From Methylophilaceae bacterium (GTDB taxonomy: Bacteria > Pseudomonadota > Gammaproteobacteria > Burkholderiales > Methylophilaceae), in assembly GCA_051252095.1 (NCBI GenBank), contig JBPOFK010000001.1:23922-87921 (forward strand): DNA of 64,000 nt, written 5' to 3'. The position numbers were made by a program, and so were the translations under genes. Of this stretch, positions 58,099 through 64,000 are shown piece after piece; the first letter of the stretch is position 1; the number at the start of each line of letters is the position of its first letter. The notes beneath the pieces are model-generated. The model saw only the letters and a program-made list of their open reading frames with translations, was not told the origin of the DNA and did not search any database.

Positions 58099-59703
58099 CT
58101 AAATAGTCGCCTTTTTAATATGCATAATAAATGTTGTGCCACTTGCTGTTTGCTTATATTGTAGATGAGCACCATTGGCATCGGCTAGCTCTTTCCCTAT
58201 ATAAAGCCCCAAGCCCGTGCCTGATTTTTCTGTTGTAAAAAAAGGTTCAAATAAGTGATTGCTCACCTCTTCACTAATGCCTTCTCCGTTATCCGTCACT
58301 TCTAAAACAATTTGTGATTTAATGCTAGTATACACGCGTAGCGTCAGGCTATTTTCTATCTGTTGACTATGGCGCCAGCCATTTTTACAAAGATTCCATA
58401 AAATTTGATTTAAGTGGCGACGATCAAACAAGATGGTAGCATCTGTTTGTTTCATATTAAGAGTAAAGTCAGATGCGGAAATATTTTCTACCGCGCAGAA
58501 CTGATTATAAAAATCAGTAATAAAGCTTTCTAAATGCACCATTTCCTGATTGGTTCTATCTCGTCGGTTCAGTTCTAATACATCAGAAATAATTTGATCT
58601 ACTCGGCGCACATTATCACTGATAATCTGTAGCATACGTTTGGTTGAGCTTGATGCTTCTTCATCTTCCTGCAGTAGTTGGTTAGCATGGCTGATAGAGC
58701 TGAGAGGGTTCCTAATTTCGTGCGCAATATTCGCGGTTAAACGACCGAGCGCAGCTAGTTTGACTTGATGTGATTGTGTTTGCATTTGCGTCCAATCTTC
58801 AATAAAAATCACAGCACCTTGATCACGATTCTCTGATATCGGCAAGAAGCTCAGACGCAAGGCTCTTGATAAAATATTCACGTTAAGCACATTAGGTTCA
58901 AGTGTTTCGCTAATGTCTTGTTTCTCTTCAAACCATTCAATTAAAAGCTTGGCGATTTCAGGCGCAATTTCATTCAGATTTTTTTCATCCCAGTTTTTGT
59001 TTTCTAGATTCAGCAGTGTTTCCGCCTGTAAGTTATGGTGCTTAATAAATAAATCACTATCGACGACCAGTACGCCATCCTTCATTTTATGGGTAATTAA
59101 TGCATTTACTTGGGCCAGACCTTCAAGATCCAAGCCACGTTGTGATGCAAGTTCTTCGCTTATTTGCATTCTTTTTGCCAAACTATGCGCAAGCCAAGCA
59201 ATGGCAAAACAGGCGATGCTAAGCATTGTAGCTGTGGAATAGTTTTGCGTTATATTGGTATTTAGAAAAGAACTGAAAAACTGTAATAAAAGAATGCCTA
59301 TTGTCGCAGTGGCTGCATAAAATAAAGCGAGACGTCCATCACTAATGAGGCTTGCTGCAGCAACGGAAATGACAAGTAACAGTCCCATGCCGCCATAGCT
59401 AGCACTCTCAGTGAACATCAGTAGCAAAATAAAAATGATATCTGCAGTAATTTGAAATGGGAGTGTTAGCTCAAGATCGGGTTTTTCAAACCATGTAAGG
59501 CACGCACTAATCAAACTAAAGCCTAAATAGGTGAGCGCAATGACTGAAAATGGGTTTTCAGTAACGAGTTGTTGATTTTGGTTGTTGTAGCTGTGACTGA
59601 GTAGTAATGTGAGTGCAATAAAAATGCGATAACCATTGTAAAGTTTAAAGCTATTCCATCGCGCCTTAATGAGTTTGACGTCTTGTGAAGGTTGCGTGCT
59701 CAT
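58099..59703 (-). CDS. pilS: sensor histidine kinase, PilS-like (polytopic N-terminus)
   Basis: 534 aa. About 6 N-terminal TM helices, PAS-like linker, H-box HEIRNPLSSI, G-boxes DNGEGI / GTGLGL. Confidence 0.78.
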   Translation of the reverse strand: MSTQPSQDVKLIKARWNSFKLYNGYRIFIALTLLLSHSYNNQNQQLVTENPFSVIALTYLGFSLISACLTWFEKPDLELTLPFQITADIIFILLLMFTESASYGGMGLLLVISVAAASLISDGRLALFYAATATIGILLLQFFSSFLNTNITQNYSTATMLSIACFAIAWLAHSLAKRMQISEELASQRGLDLEGLAQVNALITHKMKDGVLVVDSDLFIKHHNLQAETLLNLENKNWDEKNLNEIAPEIAKLLIEWFEEKQDISETLEPNVLNVNILSRALRLSFLPISENRDQGAVIFIEDWTQMQTQSHQVKLAALGRLTANIAHEIRNPLSSISHANQLLQEDEEASSSTKRMLQIISDNVRRVDQIISDVLELNRRDRTNQEMVHLESFITDFYNQFCAVENISASDFTLNMKQTDATILFDRRHLNQILWNLCKNGWRHSQQIENSLTLRVYTSIKSQIVLEVTDNGEGISEEVSNHLFEPFFTTEKSGTGLGLYIGKELADANGAHLQYKQTASGTTFIMHIKKATI

Positions 59704-59930
59704 ACTTCAGTTTGCTTGCTGCAAGTTGGATTATTACAATAAACTTTACCATCAGTGATATGGGTTTCACTTTCAGGTACATGTAGACCACAATGCGCGC
59801 AAGCAATCACTTTTTCTGGCTGTTTTCCTGTTTTTGATTCTTTGTTTTGTGATTGTATTTTGCTCATAAAGAACTTTAGCAGCTTGTAAACAATCCAAAC
59901 TAAAACAATCAGTAATAAAATACGCGACAT
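59700..59930 (-). CDS. PP0621-family small protein (TM helix + Cys4 zinc-ribbon)
   Basis: 76 aa. N-terminal TM, then CAHCGLH...YCNNPTC. ATGA overlap with pilS. Usual partner of this two-component pair. Confidence 0.7.
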   Translation of the reverse strand: MSRILLLIVLVWIVYKLLKFFMSKIQSQNKESKTGKQPEKVIACAHCGLHVPESETHITDGKVYCNNPTCSKQTEV

Positions 59931-60040
59931 AAGTAGTGCTTATCATTTTATATAAATTAAGCTTAGTATAAAACATACTGGTTGAGGCTAGAAGAAATTA
60001 AACTGTTATACTTAATTTTGGTGATATAAAAAAACAATTC

Positions 60041-60631
60041 ATGGCAAGTTCACAAGAATTATCAGATTTTTTAGGTGGGGTAGAGCGGCGTGCTTTCAAG
60101 CAAACCGTATATGCTGTTCGCGATGAGCATGCTGCGCTTGATATTGTGCAAGATGCCATGCTAAAACTTGCTGAGAAATATCCTGATAAACCTGTGGCAG
60201 AATATCCCATGCTGTTTCAAAGGATATTACAAAATACAATGCGTGATTTTTGGCGACGCCAAAAAGTCCGTAATATCTGGACTTCATTGCTTTCGTCATT
60301 TGGGTCAAGTAATGAAGATGGAGAAAATCGTGATCCGTTAGATACTATTGATATTGGTGACAATGCGCAAAACCCAGCAGAGCAGGTGCAAAGCAGTCAA
60401 ACATTACTCATCATTGAAAAATCATTGGCAAAGTTGCCAGCTCGTCAACGAGAAGCCTTTGTTCTGCGTTATTGGGAAGAGATGAGTGTCGCCGAAACAG
60501 CTGAATCAATGGGTTGCTCTGAAGGTAGTGTCAAAACGCACTGTTCGCGTGCGTTGCACGCAATGGTGACGCTATTGGAGCAAGAAGGATTTAGTCGTAA
60601 GGAAATCGGAAATTTGGGGGTAGAGTCATGA
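60041..60631 (+). CDS. ECF-type RNA polymerase sigma factor
   Basis: 196 aa. Region 2 (ALDIVQDAMLK..) and region 4 HTH (SVAETAESMGCSEGSVKTHCSRA). Confidence 0.9.
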   Translation: MASSQELSDFLGGVERRAFKQTVYAVRDEHAALDIVQDAMLKLAEKYPDKPVAEYPMLFQRILQNTMRDFWRRQKVRNIWTSLLSSFGSSNEDGENRDPLDTIDIGDNAQNPAEQVQSSQTLLIIEKSLAKLPARQREAFVLRYWEEMSVAETAESMGCSEGSVKTHCSRALHAMVTLLEQEGFSRKEIGNLGVES

Positions 60632-61023
60632 GTAACGACAATACAATTGATCATAATGTAGAACAAGAAGAGCAAGCAAAAAATTTAGCTAGCTTGTTAG
60701 ATGCGCATGCACAACGTTTGAGTATGCGAACATTGAAAAAACTAGATGATGGTAGGAATCGTGCAGTCAAAAGACATCAAGAACTGCAAGGCGCAGCGGT
60801 TAATGCTGATGGCACACTTAGTCATCTTGCAAGTTGGATTGATCATCATCGCGTTGCATTTGCAGGGTTGGTTCTGTTTGCTATCATAGGGACTTTTATT
60901 GTCTTACAGAACATCAACAACAATGAGACAAGTGATGCTTTTTTGCTGGGGGCTGATTTGCCGCCTGAAGCTTTTGTTGATAGAGGCTTTGAACCATCAC
61001 TCAATAAACGCACAAATATATAA
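60628..61023 (+). CDS. DUF3619 family protein (single-pass; possible anti-sigma partner)
   Basis: 131 aa. 4-nt ATGA overlap with the sigma gene. One TM helix (VAFAGLVLFAIIGTFIVL). Confidence 0.65.
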   Translation: MSNDNTIDHNVEQEEQAKNLASLLDAHAQRLSMRTLKKLDDGRNRAVKRHQELQGAAVNADGTLSHLASWIDHHRVAFAGLVLFAIIGTFIVLQNINNNETSDAFLLGADLPPEAFVDRGFEPSLNKRTNI

Positions 61024-61076
61024 ATGAGATTAATTATAATAAATATATTTTATCAATCAGGGGAAGTTGAGTAGTA

Positions 61077-61565
61077 ATGAAAAAGTGTTGGTTAATATTT
61101 GGCATACTGTTTGCGCTACAGGGACATGCGCAAACAAGTCAAAACAATCTAGCAATGGCAGATATAGGGGCAATCAAGACATCTGCGAGCGATGATGAGT
61201 CCCCAAATAAAAAATGGAGCGAATTGACTCAGGAAGAGCAACAAGTGCTTGCTCCGTTGGCGTCAGAATGGGATACGTTGAGAGGTTGGCAACGAGAGAA
61301 AATGCTCGATATTGCAAAAGACTACCCAAAAATGGATGCCAAGAAGCAAAAGCGGATACAAAATCGGCTTAACCGCTGGAGTAGAATGACCCCTTATGAG
61401 CGTGAAAATGCGCGTAAACGTTTTCAGCAGTTTCACAGTTTAAGCCCAGAAGAGAAACAGGCACTGCGAAACAAATGGGCAGAACATCAAAAGCTACCAG
61501 AAAAAAAGCGTGAAAAACTACGTAAAGAGTCTAGCGAATTATATTACGATCCAGAACTAGATTAA
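61077..61565 (+). CDS. DUF3106 domain protein (secreted, repeat W..L.P.E/R motifs)
   Basis: 162 aa. Signal peptide, then a charged helical repeat region (WSELTQEEQQVLAPL..W..MTPYERENARKRF..LSPEEKQALRNKW). Confidence 0.65.
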   Translation: MKKCWLIFGILFALQGHAQTSQNNLAMADIGAIKTSASDDESPNKKWSELTQEEQQVLAPLASEWDTLRGWQREKMLDIAKDYPKMDAKKQKRIQNRLNRWSRMTPYERENARKRFQQFHSLSPEEKQALRNKWAEHQKLPEKKREKLRKESSELYYDPELD

Positions 61566-61592
61566 TTTAAGGCTATAACGCGATACACTACA

Positions 61593-61624
61593 GCCCGCCA
61601 TGCGCTAATGGCGGGCAATTTTTT
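61593..61624 (+). terminator. rho-independent terminator after the DUF3106 gene
   Basis: GCCCGCCA-tgcgctaa-TGGCGGGC followed by AATTTTTT. Confidence 0.85.
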
Positions 61625-61674
61625 ATGACACAACACTTTGAATTTTCCATAATAGTATTAGTGAGGAACATTTC

Positions 61675-62091
61675 ATGATTGAACATGCAGGCCTAACAAG
61701 GCGGTTCCTAGCATGTCTTTATGAGCTATTGAGTTTGGTGGCCATTTGGCTATTCTGCACATTTGTTTTTGTGATGGTGCATGGTCAGGTTGAAACGATA
61801 ATGGAACGACTGGCATTGCAAGTCCTATTATGGGTGATTACAGGCGTTTACCTGATTGCTTGTTGGGTAAAAACTGGACAAACATTGGCTAGTCAGGCAT
61901 GGAAAATACAAATATTGAATGACGACAACGCACTTTTAAGACCAAGAAAGGCATTGATTCGCTACATATTAGCAACCGTATCATTGATCTTGTTAGGTTT
62001 AGGTTTTCTCTGGGCCATCATTGATAAAGAGCATTTATTTTTGCATGATCGATTAATCAAGACCAAGATAATTAAAGTGCCAGCTCAATAA
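61675..62091 (+). CDS. RDD family membrane protein
   Basis: 138 aa. R..A..YE.L...A..F pattern and 3 TM helices. Usual fourth member of the sigma/DUF3619/DUF3106 cluster. Confidence 0.75.
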   Translation: MIEHAGLTRRFLACLYELLSLVAIWLFCTFVFVMVHGQVETIMERLALQVLLWVITGVYLIACWVKTGQTLASQAWKIQILNDDNALLRPRKALIRYILATVSLILLGLGFLWAIIDKEHLFLHDRLIKTKIIKVPAQ

Positions 62092-62095
62092 ACAG

Positions 62096-63184
62096 CTAAC
62101 GCCTTTCAATCACCATCATCATTGCTAATCCCGCAAGTAAGAATAAAATCGTGGGGATAATCGCACTCATTAACGGTGGCCAATCGTTGAGTACGCCCAG
62201 ATGAATAAAGACGCGATTCATGATTTGATAAACAACACCAAGCAATATACCGATGAAAATTTTAGCACTTGTACCTGAGGAGCGTTGCTGTAAAAAGCCA
62301 AATGGAAGTGCTAGTATCACCATCACAACGCACGCTAAAGGATATATCATTTTAGACCACAGTGCGACTTGATAGCGCGTGGTTTTTTGCTTGTTGCTTG
62401 CTAAGTGATTTATAAATGAATACAAATTCCAAGCTGACATTTTCTCAGGCGAAACCATAAGTATATTGAGTAGTTCTGGTCGGATGGCTGATTCCCAATT
62501 GGCTTTTTCGAAAAAACTTGTCGTAATGTAATGTTGCTCAGCATTTTCTTCATTATGGATTGTTGTTTGTGTAACCTCGTTTAACTTCCATCGATTCTGA
62601 ATATAGTTCGCTTCTTTTGCTTTACTAATGGTGAGTAATTTAAAATCTTCATCAAATTCGTAAATATTGAGATTTAATAATGAAGCGTCTGGTAACACTG
62701 TTTCCACGTTAACAAAGCTTTGCTGATCTTTAACCCATAAGCCAGATTTAAAATCTTGGGCAACAACAGCGTCTGTAGCTTGTATTCGCATACGCTGTGC
62801 AGTTTTTTCGCTAATCGGTGTGATAAGTTCACCAACAAAAAAAGTAATTACTGTAAACAATAAGCCTACTTTAATGAGCGCAAGCCCAATGTCTAAGATG
62901 GATTGTCCACTCACGCGCATGACCACTAACTCGGAGCTTTTGCTAAACGCACCTAAGCTCACCATCATGCCAATTAGTACAGCAACAGGCACTACTTCAT
63001 ATGTGTGGCCAGGTATGCTCAAAAAAACAAAGGCCAACATATTATTAATGTTGTAATTGCCACGACCCAAGCTATCGAGTTCTTGTATCAGGTCAAAAAA
63101 GGCAAACATAGAAAGCAACCCCAACATAATCATCAAAATGCTGAGCGTGGTTTCCTGCCAAAGATATCGATTGAGAATACGCAT
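62096..63184 (-). CDS. lptG: LPS export ABC transporter permease LptG
   Basis: Start at ATG 63184 (MRILNRYLWQETTLSIL). The track ORF is extended 36 codons into lptF. YjgP/YjgQ topology. Confidence 0.92.
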   Translation of the reverse strand: MRILNRYLWQETTLSILMIMLGLLSMFAFFDLIQELDSLGRGNYNINNMLAFVFLSIPGHTYEVVPVAVLIGMMVSLGAFSKSSELVVMRVSGQSILDIGLALIKVGLLFTVITFFVGELITPISEKTAQRMRIQATDAVVAQDFKSGLWVKDQQSFVNVETVLPDASLLNLNIYEFDEDFKLLTISKAKEANYIQNRWKLNEVTQTTIHNEENAEQHYITTSFFEKANWESAIRPELLNILMVSPEKMSAWNLYSFINHLASNKQKTTRYQVALWSKMIYPLACVVMVILALPFGFLQQRSSGTSAKIFIGILLGVVYQIMNRVFIHLGVLNDWPPLMSAIIPTILFLLAGLAMMMVIERR

Positions 63185-63185
63185 A

Positions 63186-64000
63186 CTATTTCGTCTTTTT
63201 CTTTTTTCGTTTGGATTTGTTTGGCAATAACTGGGAAATTGTTTGCGGAAAAATCGGCAATAAATAATTTCGGCGATAAAACAAATAAACAACTAGCAAG
63301 GCAAAAGTCAGATGCACGGGCCAAAGACCGATAATAGGAATAATTTTTCCTTGTGAAATCCATGCTTCAAAAATGCTGAGCATATTGTTATAAATAACAT
63401 AGATAAAAATAGCGAGCATTAGATTTAAGGAGCGGCCAGCCCGCGGATCTACAAAGCTCATCGGAATCGCCAATAGCACAAGTACAATGGCAGAAATGGG
63501 GATAGCCAATCGTGATTGCAGCTCAGCTTTATCCCTTAGGTCATCGCTAGAAAGCAGTTCATTGGTCGAAACCATATCTGTTTTAACTGGTTTTTGTGCA
63601 ACTTCTTTTGTCTCCAAGCGAATAGCATAGCTTTCAAACTCTGTTGTAGAAATTTCAGCTGAATTGGGTTTGCCTTCATAGCGCCTACCTTTCTCCAATA
63701 ATATGAAGCTATCATCATTTTCTGCTTTATAACGGCTTCCTTTACTCGCAACGATAATACCTGTCTTTTGGTGTTGTGTTGATTGAATAAACACATTTTT
63801 AACCACATTGCCTAATTCATCAAAACTTTCAACAAAGTAAACACGCTCACCATTGTTGGATTCTTTAAAAACCCCTGGACTAATAGAAGATGTCTCATCA
63901 CGAGATTCTAGCTCTGCTTTGTAATCTTCTACCTTTTGGGTTGCCCATGGCATTACAAGAAAACTTAACAGGGTGATAATGAGAATGACTGGTGCCGAAA
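63186..64000 (-). CDS. lptF: LPS export ABC transporter permease LptF (C-terminal part; 5' end beyond the window)
   Basis: The frame stays open upstream of the track Met (..SAPVILIITLLSFLVMPWATQKVEDY..) to position 64000. The TAG stop lies 1 nt from the lptG ATG. Confidence 0.9.
   Translation of the reverse strand, partial: SAPVILIITLLSFLVMPWATQKVEDYKAELESRDETSSISPGVFKESNNGERVYFVESFDELGNVVKNVFIQSTQHQKTGIIVASKGSRYKAENDDSFILLEKGRRYEGKPNSAEISTTEFESYAIRLETKEVAQKPVKTDMVSTNELLSSDDLRDKAELQSRLAIPISAIVLVLLAIPMSFVDPRAGRSLNLMLAIFIYVIYNNMLSIFEAWISQGKIIPIIGLWPVHLTFALLVVYLFYRRNYLLPIFPQTISQLLPNKSKRKKKKTK

Noticed and set aside
1-64000. Scan for tRNA/rRNA genes, CRISPR arrays, IS elements, integrases other than xerC, toxin-antitoxin pairs or defence islands
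   Set aside because: All intergenic gaps over 100 bp were read by eye. None shows cloverleaf-capable sequence, regularly spaced direct repeats, terminal inverted repeats or transposase-like ORFs. Gene content and base composition look uniformly core-chromosomal. A tRNAscan, cmsearch or repeat finder would be needed to exclude small elements rigorously.

Overview
This 64-kb window is an almost gap-free stretch of AT-rich (roughly 40-45% GC by eye) betaproteobacterial core chromosome. The gene order resembles Nitrosomonadales/Methylophilaceae/Neisseriales-type genomes, but that taxonomic guess is weak. I support about 60 protein genes. They include sodB; the dapF-DUF484-xerC block; a methyl-cycle cluster (metK, then an SAH riboswitch controlling ahcY, a holin-like membrane protein and metF); smg-dprA-LysM divergent from def-fmt-htpX-rsmB-DUF4390-ntrYX; xthA and prlC; and the long minus-strand block kdsD-kdsC-lptC-lptA-lptB-rpoN-hpf-rapZ-EIIA(Man)-HPr-EI. 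Further along are a CPA2 antiporter, moaC, a BepA-like protease, a Tat-exported SoxY-SoxZ fusion, ahpCF, hda, purM, a second RsmB-like methyltransferase operon, an EamA exporter, an RND efflux pair, ampD, PP0621-pilS-pilR, an ECF sigma/DUF3619/DUF3106/RDD module, and lptG/lptF. I found no rRNA, tRNA, CRISPR array, IS element or prophage by eye. The region is mostly ordinary housekeeping DNA, and I see no multi-gene novel system. The most interesting unexplained signal is a 28-codon, cysteine-run micro-ORF with mutually exclusive hairpins in the leader of the EamA-family exporter gene (about 50.62-50.83 kb). It looks like a translation-coupled attenuator. Lesser points are an orphan SoxYZ fusion carrier beside ahpCF, an NtrX with a degenerate AAA+ core, a well-spaced sigma-54-type promoter in front of the CPA2 antiporter, and a structured 212-bp spacer where ptsN/hprK usually sit. 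All functional calls come from reading the translated ORFs and motifs from memory. No database search was run.
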